Positions 1-10,900 of a stretch of 54,960 bases of DNA are shown here, piece by piece. Numbering within the stretch: position 1 is the stretch's first letter; each line of letters starts with the position of its first letter. A model generated the notes under the pieces. The model searched no databases, had not been told where the DNA came from, and was given only the letters and a program-made list of their open reading frames with translations. The stretch covers positions 1 to 54,960 of IMG/VR virus record IMGVR_UViG_3300020172_002489, one strand, 5' to 3'. Position numbers and translations under genes: made by a program. This DNA is from a virus. Taxonomy: Duplodnaviria > Caudoviricetes.

Positions 1-2
1 AG

Positions 3-632
3 AATGTCCAAACTATCTACGCTAACGATGATGCATTTGAATTCTTTGGTGGGACGGTATCGGCAAGAAATCTATACGCATTCGCAACCGCAGATGATGA
101 TTTTGATTTTGATTTTGGATATACGGGAACAATCACAAATGGTGTGGCAAAGAGAGACCCACAATTCGTAGATAGTGGTGATGCTGGAAACGGTGTTGAA
201 TGTGATAACGATGGAACGGGTTCACCTGCACAACCATACACACATCCAAAACTTTACAATATGGTTTTAGTTGGTCCGAATGTATCTACTGCATTGGCAA
301 ACCATAATTTAGGTTTGAGATTTAGGAGAGCAACTCAATTCACAATGAAGAATAGTGTAATTTGGGGATGGATGAAAGGTGGATTAAGTTTGGAAAGTAA
401 TGAAACGGCACAATTCGTAAAAGATGGAGTTTCAGTATTTGAAAACAATTCAGTAGGAACATTTAATCCTACCTTAAACTTTATCAGTAAAGCAACTACA
501 ATCCTAACAAATGATCAATTGAAAACATTAGCACTTTCAAAGAGTAATAAAGAAATAACTAATGTACTCGCAGATTTGGATAAACCAATTTGGAGTAATG
601 GATGGACTAGGTTCCCATCTAAAGGTAATTAA
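3..632 (+). CDS. 5'-truncated right-handed beta-helix protein of a bacterial (Bacteroidota-like) lipoprotein family
   Basis: Frame is open from the window edge, upstream of the GTG at 144: NVQTIYANDDAFEFFGGTVSARNLYAFATADDDFDFDFGYTG...GNGVECDND. DDAFEFFGGTV/DDDFD-x-D-x-GY motifs are typical of lipoproteins encoded next to TonB-dependent receptors. Confidence 0.7.
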   Translation, partial: NVQTIYANDDAFEFFGGTVSARNLYAFATADDDFDFDFGYTGTITNGVAKRDPQFVDSGDAGNGVECDNDGTGSPAQPYTHPKLYNMVLVGPNVSTALANHNLGLRFRRATQFTMKNSVIWGWMKGGLSLESNETAQFVKDGVSVFENNSVGTFNPTLNFISKATTILTNDQLKTLALSKSNKEITNVLADLDKPIWSNGWTRFPSKGN

Positions 633-635
633 ATT

Positions 636-662
636 AAAAGGGAGTATTTACTCCCTTTTTTT
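636..662 (+). terminator. Rho-independent terminator
   Basis: Stem GGGAGT-(ATTT)-ACTCCC, flanked by AAAA and T7, directly after the stop at 632. Confidence 0.85.
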
Positions 663-688
663 ATTTACAATACAAAATCCATAAAAGG

Positions 689-700
689 TATATTTATATA
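689..700 (+). promoter_or_regulatory. TATATTTATATA putative phage promoter motif
   Basis: Recurrent intergenic motif; 20 nt upstream of ATG 721. Confidence 0.6.
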
Positions 701-720
701 AAGAATAAAACCGAATAAAA

Positions 721-1356
721 ATGGATAGTAAAAAATTAGCAAAGTTAATTCAAATAATTGTAGAAGCGGAAGTTGCTAAAAAACAAGAACATTTTCTAAC
801 TAAAATTTTTCCAAAGATTTTAGAGGAAGAAGTTAATGCCAAAATGGTAAAACTTTTAAAAGAAACAAAAAGTAAAACTCCGATTCAAACTACAACTAAA
901 ACAAAAGAATTAGACCCTTTTGCTCTTGCAGAATCTGTCTTACAAAAAGAAAGACAACAAACTCAAAATAAACCAACAAAAGAGTTTACAAAAAATCCGG
1001 TATTGAATGAAATACTAAATCAAACACAACCATTTAGTTCTGCTCAAAGAAGTGGGCTTGGTGGTGGTACTTCAATTTTAGATACATACCAACAACCGAT
1101 TCAAGAAGCAGCATCTTATGTTCCTTCTTATATGGATGCAGAACCTGATATTGATGAAACATTTACATTTAATAATCCAGTAACTGCACAAGTAGGCTTG
1201 GGTGCTATGAGAAATCAAATGGCAGAAAAGATGGGTTATGGTGATTTCGGTGGAGGTGCTCAACGAGGTGGTTTAGGTGTTAAAACTGGAAACGAAGCAT
1301 TAGATAAAGCATTAAACCGAGATTATTCTCAATTAGTTAAGAGGTTCAATAAGTAA
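721..1356 (+). CDS. Hypothetical phage protein
   Basis: 211-aa ORF with FTKNPVLNEILNQT and ALNRDYSQLVK motifs; immediately upstream of the gp25-like gene. Confidence 0.7.
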   Translation: MDSKKLAKLIQIIVEAEVAKKQEHFLTKIFPKILEEEVNAKMVKLLKETKSKTPIQTTTKTKELDPFALAESVLQKERQQTQNKPTKEFTKNPVLNEILNQTQPFSSAQRSGLGGGTSILDTYQQPIQEAASYVPSYMDAEPDIDETFTFNNPVTAQVGLGAMRNQMAEKMGYGDFGGGAQRGGLGVKTGNEALDKALNRDYSQLVKRFNK

Positions 1357-1358
1357 TA

Positions 1359-1793
1359 ATGGCATATGTAATTGGAAATAGAATTGTAAAAGATTCGGAT
1401 GAAGAATTTCAATCAAACGCTTATGGTATTAAATTACCAGTAAAAACTGGTATTAATGGATATTTCGAGCAGGCGTTTACATCATACGAACAAGCTAAAT
1501 CCAATTTAAGAAATCTATTGACAACCAAAAAAGGTGAACGAATAATGCAACCTGAATTTGGAAGTGGATTACACACTTTATTATTTGAACCAATGACATC
1601 TGAATTCGAACAAAGTTTACAAGATACTATAACTGATACTGTGAATTTTTGGTTACCTTATATAACAATCGAAGAAATTGATGTTGAGATGACCGATGAA
1701 ATGAAAGATAGAAATTATGCTCAAATGAGTATTACATTTTCGGTTGGTAATCAAATAGAAACCGATACGGTAACTTTTACAATACAAGGATAA
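1359..1793 (+). CDS. Baseplate wedge subunit, T4 gp25/GPW-like
   Basis: NLRNLLTTKKGERIMQPEFGSGLHTLLFEP is the gp25 family signature. Confidence 0.9.
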   Translation: MAYVIGNRIVKDSDEEFQSNAYGIKLPVKTGINGYFEQAFTSYEQAKSNLRNLLTTKKGERIMQPEFGSGLHTLLFEPMTSEFEQSLQDTITDTVNFWLPYITIEEIDVEMTDEMKDRNYAQMSITFSVGNQIETDTVTFTIQG

Positions 1794-1799
1794 TTTAAA

Positions 1800-3818
1800 A
1801 TGGCACTAAATTCTATTATAAAAAAATCAAATAAGGGTAGAGATATAAAATATCTGAATAGAGATTTTACATCTTTTAGAGATAATTTAATTGAATACTC
1901 TAAAACATATTTTCCTCAAACTTATTCTGATTTTAATGAGGCTTCACCTGGTATGCTATTTATTGAAATGGCATCATACATAGGGGATGTACTATCTTAT
2001 TACACAGATGATTCTTTAAAAGAATCATTAATGTTATATGCCGAAGATAGAGAAAATGTTGTTGCCCTTGCCAATTATTTGGGATATAAACCAAAAGTTA
2101 TATCACCTGCAATTGTAAAATTATCAGTTTACCAATTAGTTCCAAGTAGAAGAAAAGTAAATTCGGGTACCGATTACGAACCTCATTCGGATTACTACCT
2201 TCGTATAAAAGAAGGTATGTTATGTGAATCAACAAATGGTATTACATTTAGAACTACCGAACTTTTAGATTTTGCATCCGATTACGAACGAGAAGTTAGT
2301 GTGTATAGTAGAGCAACCGATGGGTCTCCTGAATACTATCTTGTTAAAAAATATGTGAACGCTATTTCTGGTCGTGTTAGAAGTGTAACTGTTAATTTTG
2401 GAAACACTCCACAACAATTTTCAAAAATAAGTATTGCAGATATTGATGTAATTGATGTATACGATGTTCGTGATTCAAATGGTAATAAGTGGTACGAAGT
2501 TCCATATTTGGCTCAGGAAATGGTTTATATAGATTATCCAAACTCCGAACAAACTGATAAAGATTTAGTACAATTTAAAGATTCAGTACCAAATGTTTTA
2601 AAGTTAATAAAAACATCTCGTAGATTTGTCAAACAAGTAAATTCCGATAATACAACTACAATAGTTTTTGGTGGTGGAACTACTACGAGTGATGAAACTT
2701 TAATTCCAAATTTTAAAAATGTGGGATTAGGACTTAACTCATCAATTAATAAGTTGGGTTCATCATTTGACCCTGCAAATTTTCTTAAAACTAACACATA
2801 CGGTCAAGCACCAACTGGTCAACTTACCGTTTCATATTTAGTAGGTGGTGGTATAAATTCAAATGTTGGTGTTGGTACTATTACTAAAATAGAATCAATA
2901 TCATTTGATGATGACATAACTGCTTTTCAAAATAATACAAATATTTACAATGTAGTAAAACAATCAGTGGCAATAGATAATGAATTTACAGCAACAGGCG
3001 GTAGAGGTCCTGAAACTATTGAAGAAATCAGAGAAAATGCTTTAGCAAACTTTGGTTCACAAAACCGAGCCGTAACTCGTAAAGATTATCAAGTACGAGC
3101 ACTATCATTACCTGCAAAATATGGTGGAATCGCAAAAGCATATTGTGCACCCGATGGAGAGTTGGATAATAATTCACCATCTTCTATTCTTGCAAATCCT
3201 GATGTATTAGATGAGTTTACTGGATTAGTTACAGATTTAAAAAATAAAGATTTAACACAAGATGCGATTAAAGAAGAAGTTCAAAAATTCTTAATCGGTA
3301 AGAAAAATAATATACAAGAAAAAAATAACCCATTTGCAATTAATTTATATGTTTTAGGATACGATTCAAACAAAAATTTGGCAACACTTAATAGAGCTGT
3401 TAAAGAAAATCTAAAAACATATATGAACGAATATCGTTTATTAACTGATGGTGTAAATCTATTAGATGGATTTATTATAAACATTGGGGTGGATTTTGAA
3501 ATTAGAGTTTATGGTGGATATAATAAAAGAGAAGTTCTAACTCGTTGTATTTCCGAACTACAGCAATACTTTAATATCGATAATTGGACATTTAATATGC
3601 CAATTAATATTTCCGAAGTTGAATTATTAATTGCAGGTGTAGAAGGAGTTCAATCGGTTCCAAAATGTGAAATTGTAAATAAATGTTTAGGTAATTATTC
3701 TAAAAATTCTTACAATATTCAAGCAGCAACAAAGGGGAAAATGGTGTATCCATCATTAGACCCTTCAATATTTGAAGTTAAGTTTCCAAATCAAGATATA
3801 AAGGGGAGGGCTATTTAA
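1800..3818 (+). CDS. Baseplate wedge protein, T4 gp6/baseplate J-like
   Basis: RDFTSFR...SYIGDVLSYY, GGRGPETIEEIRENA and QNRAVTRKDY motifs; follows the gp25-like gene. Confidence 0.88.
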   Translation: MALNSIIKKSNKGRDIKYLNRDFTSFRDNLIEYSKTYFPQTYSDFNEASPGMLFIEMASYIGDVLSYYTDDSLKESLMLYAEDRENVVALANYLGYKPKVISPAIVKLSVYQLVPSRRKVNSGTDYEPHSDYYLRIKEGMLCESTNGITFRTTELLDFASDYEREVSVYSRATDGSPEYYLVKKYVNAISGRVRSVTVNFGNTPQQFSKISIADIDVIDVYDVRDSNGNKWYEVPYLAQEMVYIDYPNSEQTDKDLVQFKDSVPNVLKLIKTSRRFVKQVNSDNTTTIVFGGGTTTSDETLIPNFKNVGLGLNSSINKLGSSFDPANFLKTNTYGQAPTGQLTVSYLVGGGINSNVGVGTITKIESISFDDDITAFQNNTNIYNVVKQSVAIDNEFTATGGRGPETIEEIRENALANFGSQNRAVTRKDYQVRALSLPAKYGGIAKAYCAPDGELDNNSPSSILANPDVLDEFTGLVTDLKNKDLTQDAIKEEVQKFLIGKKNNIQEKNNPFAINLYVLGYDSNKNLATLNRAVKENLKTYMNEYRLLTDGVNLLDGFIINIGVDFEIRVYGGYNKREVLTRCISELQQYFNIDNWTFNMPINISEVELLIAGVEGVQSVPKCEIVNKCLGNYSKNSYNIQAATKGKMVYPSLDPSIFEVKFPNQDIKGRAI

Positions 3819-4879
3819 TGTATTATTTTTTAACTGCATCAAAAGATGCATCTATATATTTACAACAACCAACCCAGAATACTGGATTAGATGAAATATT
3901 AGAAGTTTCTAAAACTTATTATGGAACTATAAAGGATGTTGCTCGTTCATTTATTCAATTTGATTTAACTAATTTTTCGTCATCAATAGTAAGTGGTCAA
4001 ATAACGATGAGTTCTGCTGAACTTATTTTACACGAAGCGGAATCATCAGAAATTCCATTATCTTATACTATTTTTGCACATCCAGTTTCTCAATCATGGG
4101 AAATGGGTATAGGTACTCGTTTTAATGAAATTTCAGGAGATGGTATAACATGGAATCATAAATCAACTAATACTAATTGGTTATTAGCAGATTCACTTTC
4201 ATTGGATTCTACTAGTTCTTATAATGGTAGAGGTGGCACTTGGTATACTGCATCACAAACAACTCAAGCATTCGATTATGAATCATCTGATTTAGTAATG
4301 AATGTAAAAAATACAATTCAATTGTGGTTGAGTGGTTCACTGCCAAATAATGGTTTTATTATTAAATACGATTCATCGTATGAGAATGATTCAAATGATT
4401 ATGGTCAATTAAAATTCTTCTCTAAAGAAACTAATACAATATATCAACCAAAGTTAAGAATTGGATGGGATGATTCTAGTTTTACAACTGGGTCACTTAT
4501 CGAACTTACATCTGATGATATTCATGTAACATTTAAACGATTAAAGAGCAAATATAAACAAGGTAGTAAACCTGAAATTAGAGTTTTTGGCAGAGAAAAA
4601 TATCCACTAAAAACTTATACTGATTACTACACATATAATGATTTAAAATACTTACCATCAACAACATATTACCAAATCAGAGATGTTGTCACCGATGAAA
4701 TAGTAGTTCCATTTAGCGATTACTCGAAAGTTAGTTGTGATTCTAATGGTAACTTTTTTAAGTTAAATTTACAAAATTGGGAACCGAATAGAGAATATTA
4801 TATAGAAATAAAAATTGATAGAGATGGTGTAATCGAATACTTCTCTGATAAAGATTTAACATTCTTAGTAGAAAAATAA
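3818..4879 (+). CDS. Virion structural protein with DNRLRE-like beta-sandwich domain
   Basis: KDASIY...NTGLDEILE, RSFIQFDL, NNGFIIK and F.SKE....PKL motifs; baseplate context. Confidence 0.55.
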   Translation: MYYFLTASKDASIYLQQPTQNTGLDEILEVSKTYYGTIKDVARSFIQFDLTNFSSSIVSGQITMSSAELILHEAESSEIPLSYTIFAHPVSQSWEMGIGTRFNEISGDGITWNHKSTNTNWLLADSLSLDSTSSYNGRGGTWYTASQTTQAFDYESSDLVMNVKNTIQLWLSGSLPNNGFIIKYDSSYENDSNDYGQLKFFSKETNTIYQPKLRIGWDDSSFTTGSLIELTSDDIHVTFKRLKSKYKQGSKPEIRVFGREKYPLKTYTDYYTYNDLKYLPSTTYYQIRDVVTDEIVVPFSDYSKVSCDSNGNFFKLNLQNWEPNREYYIEIKIDRDGVIEYFSDKDLTFLVEK

Positions 4880-5922
4880 TGGCATTAAGTAACGAATTTA
4901 TATTATCAGAACTTATAAAAAGTGGTTCATCTGCATTAAAGCAAGAAACTACACCAGATGGAACTATCGTTGTTAATACAGCAATAGATACTGATGGTTC
5001 TACGTTCGGTTATGTTGAAAGACCAATTTATAATAACGAACAACTTGTTAAAGCTGTAGATACCGTTGTAGATGAGTTAATAGGTCCTCCTGAAAAAGAA
5101 GCACCTGCAGTAGTGTTAAAAACTATTTACGATGATTTACGAAAATTATATAATCAGGCTTTAAATGATATACAAGATTTACAAGAACAAATAGATCAAT
5201 TACTTGTAGAAAACGAAACACTTAGAACGAATATAGAACAATTACAAATTCAAATAGATTTAGAAAAATTATTAAAATCATCTGCTGAAAATGAAAGGGA
5301 TGCAACAAATCAAGTATTACAATCAGTAACATTAGATTTACAATCTGCACTTTCTAAAGGTGTTAAAGAGGCTATAGAGAGAGTTTCACGAGAAGCATCT
5401 CTACAAGGTTTACTTGCTGAAAAAGAAGCATTTATAGCTTTACAAGAAGAATCAAAAAGTACAATTGATAGAGCAAATAATACCATTGCAACAATTCAAG
5501 ATAATTTAGTTGCTGCTCAAAATAACTTTGCAGATGCTGCTAATGCACTCAATGAAAGAAATAGTGAAGGAAGGGGTACTATCATTTGTACTGAAATGTA
5601 TAATCAAGGATTCATGCCACAATTCATTTATGACATGGATTCGAAATTCGGTGATATTGTACTTCAGAAAAATCCTGAAATTATGTATGGGTATTGGATA
5701 TGGGCACAACCGATTGTTAATAAACTAAAAACATCCAAATCTTTTTCTAAATTTGTTTACAATTATTTTGTTAAAGATTGGTCAGAATACATGGCGTATG
5801 AAATGGGTGTTTTACCAAAACAAAATTACAAAGGAAAATTCTTACACAAATTCGGTGAGAAGTTTTCAATTTTAGTATATAAAGTGTTTGCAAATAAGAA
5901 CAAACAAGTATCATGGCAATAA
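4879..5922 (+). CDS. Coiled-coil virion-associated protein with C-terminal IICTE...GYWIWA domain
   Basis: Long heptad-rich region, then IICTEMYNQG...YGYWIWAQPIV. Confidence 0.6.
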   Translation: MALSNEFILSELIKSGSSALKQETTPDGTIVVNTAIDTDGSTFGYVERPIYNNEQLVKAVDTVVDELIGPPEKEAPAVVLKTIYDDLRKLYNQALNDIQDLQEQIDQLLVENETLRTNIEQLQIQIDLEKLLKSSAENERDATNQVLQSVTLDLQSALSKGVKEAIERVSREASLQGLLAEKEAFIALQEESKSTIDRANNTIATIQDNLVAAQNNFADAANALNERNSEGRGTIICTEMYNQGFMPQFIYDMDSKFGDIVLQKNPEIMYGYWIWAQPIVNKLKTSKSFSKFVYNYFVKDWSEYMAYEMGVLPKQNYKGKFLHKFGEKFSILVYKVFANKNKQVSWQ

Positions 5923-7409
5923 AAGGATTTAAAGAGATAGTAGATAAAAAAGGGTATAAGGTAAATGCCAAAGATAGAGCCATTTTCGAAAGAGAAATTG
6001 GTAAATCATACTTTGGTCTTGGTATATCCGATACGATTGAATTTATTGTGTATGATTCTAACAATAATCAGTTACCACAAGGAGATTCAGGACAGTTAGT
6101 TAGATATATTCCGTTAGATATTGAAAACATTAGAAAATATTTTTTAATCACTCAAAACCCATCAAACATGAAAATGAATGGTGCAAGTGAGTATATTATT
6201 GATATAGAAAAACTTATTACCGAGGCAGGGTATTCTAATGGTATTTTTAAAAGTCAAGTAACTTTATTAAACAGAAGAGTTGGGTCAGAAACAATTGATA
6301 AAGATAAATTATGGATTCATGAAATATCACCATCTCGTACTGAAATTCGTGTATTACCATTAGAGGATGAAAACGAAATGGTTTATGATGATTTGCAAAA
6401 AAGATTGAATATTATGCTAAACGGTAAAGACTTTAGAGATGATACTATCTATTTTGTAAAATCTATGGTAGAATCAATTAAGGTTGAAGATGTATTAAAA
6501 ACATTTTTAACATTAAATGGAAGGGTAACCTCGGGTGAAAATTATGTAAAATTAATTCAATCAGAATTTAAAATACAAAATTGGGAATTATTTGTAAATC
6601 AAATTAAAGAAAAATTAATCGAAGGTGCTCAGTATTTTGTTGAAAACAAAGATTGGAATATCTCATCAAATAATTATGGAAAACCACTTTCTACTCCAAG
6701 GGATTTAGAACTTTCGGTAGCCAAAATAGTAGAAACCTTAAATTCAATTCTAATAAAAGTAATTGATAAATATCTACCAAAAAGAACATATCAGGAAGAA
6801 AATATCTTAACTTTAGATGAGCAAATAACATTAGATGAAGTAAAACAACTTTTAAAAACGGTTACATCAGGAACCAAATATGATACTGATGCGTTTGATA
6901 ATTCTGAATTTGTTGTAAAGGGTTGTACCAATCCTAATGCTAAAAACTACAATCCTCTTGCAAAAGAAGACGATGGTAGTTGTGTATTTGAAACCAACAC
7001 TACAATAATTGCTAACCCAACTCCTACAACCGAACTCGTAACAAAAACTTGGTATGGTTGGAAAGATGGTTCAACTGCTAAATATGTAAATGAATCAGGT
7101 GGACAAATGCAAAAATTTAATGAGTATGATAAATTTACCTTAAAATATTATGAAGGTTCTATTAAATTAACAGAAGGAAGTGATATTAGAGATACTCCAA
7201 AACCTGTGGGTAGTACATCATCATCTACTCCTATCAACGAACAAGGAGGAGATGGTAGTCAATTTGGTCCAACTACAACAACTGGAGGGGCAAGTGGTCC
7301 AACAACTACAACTGGAGATGGTGCTATCGAGATAACACCTGGTGAATTTAGAAATCAAGGAGTCGGATTAGCAAGGGGATCAAGACCTACTGGTGGAGCA
7401 AAACAATAA
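5913..7409 (+). CDS. Putative baseplate/structural protein
   Basis: 498 aa; IHEISPSRTEIRV motif, one GCTNPNAKNYNPLAKEDDGSC unit, and a Gly/Thr-rich tail. Confidence 0.6.
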   Translation: MAIKGFKEIVDKKGYKVNAKDRAIFEREIGKSYFGLGISDTIEFIVYDSNNNQLPQGDSGQLVRYIPLDIENIRKYFLITQNPSNMKMNGASEYIIDIEKLITEAGYSNGIFKSQVTLLNRRVGSETIDKDKLWIHEISPSRTEIRVLPLEDENEMVYDDLQKRLNIMLNGKDFRDDTIYFVKSMVESIKVEDVLKTFLTLNGRVTSGENYVKLIQSEFKIQNWELFVNQIKEKLIEGAQYFVENKDWNISSNNYGKPLSTPRDLELSVAKIVETLNSILIKVIDKYLPKRTYQEENILTLDEQITLDEVKQLLKTVTSGTKYDTDAFDNSEFVVKGCTNPNAKNYNPLAKEDDGSCVFETNTTIIANPTPTTELVTKTWYGWKDGSTAKYVNESGGQMQKFNEYDKFTLKYYEGSIKLTEGSDIRDTPKPVGSTSSSTPINEQGGDGSQFGPTTTTGGASGPTTTTGDGAIEITPGEFRNQGVGLARGSRPTGGAKQ

Positions 7410-7954
7410 AAAAATAATAAAATATTTATATAAAAGAAATTAATATAATGACAGTAGTAGATACCTCAAGATTGAATGAAAGTTTTGAACCAAGTAATAC
7501 CGATGTAGATGGAACCAGCAATTCCGGTGAAACCACTACTACCACCGTTACTAATACGACAGGTGCAGTTACGAATGTACCTACGAGTAGAACAATTTCT
7601 TTTACAATAACATCATCACCAATTGGTGCAAGTATTTTACTTGGTGGGGTTGATACTAAATTTATTACACCTCATGTTATGAAATTCGAAGAAACTGAAT
7701 TACTAACCCCAAAAATTATTACAGTAGTTAATGGTACAAACAATTCACAAGAAACATATATTCTTTCATCTGAAGTAGTAACTAACACAATTGGAAATAA
7801 TACTAGTGTTGGTAGAGGTACTTCGGCGGGTGAAGGAACTACCGGTGGAGGTGGTGCTGGTCCAACTACCACAACAGGAGAAGGGGCAATTGAGATAACA
7901 CCTGGTCAATTTAGAGATCAAGGATTTGGATTAGCGAGAGGTGCTAGACCTACA
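7296..7954 (+). repeat. Diverged ~96-nt duplication (7296-7391 and 7859-7954) encoding near-identical C-terminal peptides in two adjacent genes
   Basis: GPTTTTGDGAIEITPGEFRNQGVGLARGSRPT vs GPTTTTGEGAIEITPGQFRDQGFGLARGARPT (27/32 identical). Confidence 0.9.
7422..7432 (+). promoter_or_regulatory. ATATTTATATA putative phage promoter motif
   Basis: Intergenic; upstream of ATG 7448. Confidence 0.55.
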
Positions 7955-7972
7955 AATAATGCACAACAATAA
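7448..7972 (+). CDS. Small structural protein with PEGA-like domain
   Basis: ITSSPIGASILLGGVDTKFITP resembles the PEGA consensus; Thr/Gly-rich flanks. Confidence 0.55.
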   Translation: MTVVDTSRLNESFEPSNTDVDGTSNSGETTTTTVTNTTGAVTNVPTSRTISFTITSSPIGASILLGGVDTKFITPHVMKFEETELLTPKIITVVNGTNNSQETYILSSEVVTNTIGNNTSVGRGTSAGEGTTGGGGAGPTTTTGEGAIEITPGQFRDQGFGLARGARPTNNAQQ

Positions 7973-7984
7973 ATACGATAATAA

Positions 7985-10900
7985 ATGGCTATAATTACCA
8001 CTTCATATAAAACAACTATCTTTAAAGAAAATGAGGGAGTGGTACGCGTTATTAACCCAACTGATGCTCCTGATGTAACTATCCAATTTACATTTTCATC
8101 TCAACAAGAAAACTCAACACAACCGAGTATCGGAACTGATATTCGTATTGATGCCGATGTGTTTATCGGCACTTCCATAAGATATATTACCGAATTTGAA
8201 ACTGGATTAATTGCAGAATCTATAAATTTTAGAACCGATTCTAAATGGATTAAGTTTGAAAGACAAAATATAGGTACACAATTTAGAAGTGAGATTAAAG
8301 TATTAAAAGGGTCTGCTAATTTAAATGACCCAAGATTTGCTAATCAAACACCATTTGTAGACCAAGATTTACAAATTGATTTGGGAGGTGGTAGTTTATT
8401 AATTGGGGTAACAGCAACTAAAAATAATGTTCCCAATATTAGTGCCCCTATATTAGTTGTATCTCAAAATTCTTTTCAATGGAACATAAATGATTCATCT
8501 CCATTAAGTATTCCTTATGAATTGACTTATGATAATATAGATATCATGAGGTCAACTGCACAAAGTACTGATTATGTCCAAATGTCTTTGGGTAAAATAC
8601 AAAGACAATTACCAAAATCAGGTGAATTAAAATTAACAAAGACCGAATTACAATACATAGGTCAACATACCTTATATCTTCAACCGGTTTCTATTCGAGG
8701 TGGAATTGGACCATTACAAACTGTTTCAATAAATGTAATTAGTAAATCATTCCTACCTGGTCCTGATATTACAAATATCACTTACCCTGAAATGATTAAG
8801 GGTAAAGATTTTGTAGGATTTAATGTAGATTTTGATATTACTTGGCAATCGATAAATACAAACTATGTTGACATTTATGTAAGTAAAAAAGATGCCGAAT
8901 TTGTATTAGGTAGATTTTCATCTAATGGTAAAACAACTTTTAATGTTCAAAAAGTATTACAAAAAGCCAAATCAACTTTTAACGAAGATACTGATAAAAT
9001 ACAATTTAAACTTTTATTAGTACCAACAAATATTGAAAGTGATGAAATAACCGAAGGTGTTGTTGAAGAAATAGAAATACTTTTTGATAAAAGTGATTTA
9101 AAATTACAAAGAGGAAATGTAGTTTCTGATATTAGAGAAGCTTTTAATAGAAACTTTAATACTAATATTTTTAAGGATGAAATTTCTAATTTATTAACTC
9201 ACTATTTACATTTTGGTAAAGGTGATAATAAATTAATTGCAACTTGGGGAGTTGATACTGAAACTTTTGCCGAATACGAAGAAGGATTTGATTCGGAAGG
9301 AAACGCATTTAAACGAAAATTAAACCAACCAAAATCATTAGTATTAAAATTATACGAACCTCTACCAACATCGATACAAGAAAACCAAACCGTTTGGATT
9401 TCTAAAGTTCAGTCAATACCAATGATTGAACAAATATCAATTATTGGTGATATAGCAAATAATTGCACTCCATTAACTCCAAACTTTAATGTAGATTTGG
9501 GTGATGATATTGGATATCAAATTCTCGATGAACTAATATCAAGTGGTTCTACCACATCTACTGATTTAGTAAATCAATTTATTTCATCATCTGATTTTTC
9601 ATTAGATAATTTGGATATTAAGTTTGTATCATCTTCAAAAAACATTAGTGGTTCTGAAGAAGATGGTCAGTATTACTATGATACATCAGTTGATTATTCA
9701 TGGTTAAATTTTGTAAAATACTCATCTGCTGCAGAACGAGTTGATAACTTTTTTTACAAAATCCAACTAATAGAACAATACAATACTAAAAAAGAAATAT
9801 TAGAATCAGCTCCATCATTCAATTCATTAACTGTGGTCAATGAATTAAGTAAATTACAAACTCAAATAAATAATGTTACTCGTGGATTTGATTCATTTGA
9901 AAAATGGTTATACCAATCATCATCCGCGGATGGGTTTACATACCCAAAACAAAACAATACCGGTAGTTTATATAATTCAACTGATTCTAATGTTATAGAG
10001 TGGTATGAATCTATTTATGAATCTGCAACAATTTATGATGATGATAATAAATCATCTTTTGTAAATAATTTACCACAACATATTCAAGATGATGATGAAG
10101 GACAAGATTTTATCTTATTCTTCAACATGATAGGTCAACACTTTGATGTAGTATGGTCACACATAAAAGGATTTCAGGAATCTAAAAAGCTTGAACACAA
10201 ATACGAAATAGGTATTAAAGATGAATTAATTTACCATATGCTGGAATCACTTGGTTGGGATGCAGATATGGGAGTTAAATCTCAATTCTTATGGGAATAC
10301 GCGTTTGGTAAACATTCAGATGGAACACAAGTTTCTACGATGAGTGGTAAAGATAGACAACATGAAATTTGGAGAAGATTACTAAATAACTTACCATATC
10401 TAAATAAACATAAAGGTACTAAAAGAGCATTACATGCTGCAATGGCTTGTTATGGTGTTCCTGCTTCATTATTAACTGTAATGGAATTTGGTGGACCTCA
10501 AGATCCACAATTAAATGGTACAACTAAATTTACATTTGAAGATAGAACCGCTGCATTAAATTTAAATGGTTTATCTCAAATTTCGGCAGATTGGAAAGCG
10601 TTTAATGGTGATTATCCAAATTCAGTAGAATTTAGAATTAATACAACTCAAAAACAAAATCAAGTAATTGCACAAACTGAAGGATGGAAACTTGAAATTG
10701 AAAGTGGTTCAAACTATTTGGGTAGACTTAAATTTAGTATTAGTGGAAGTGGTAATGTTACGAGTAGTTATACTGATTATGTTCCTGTATTCTATGAAGA
10801 CTATTACCATATTGCATTAAATAAAACTACAAATGCTGGTAATGAAATATTTGATGTCTATATCAAAGAAGGGTTTAATGGCAGAATTAGAAACGAAGGT

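Noticed and set aside
7970-7987. Read-through fusion of the in-frame ORFs 7448 and 7985
   Set aside because: Three in-frame TAA codons separate them (TAA ATA CGA TAA TAA ATG).
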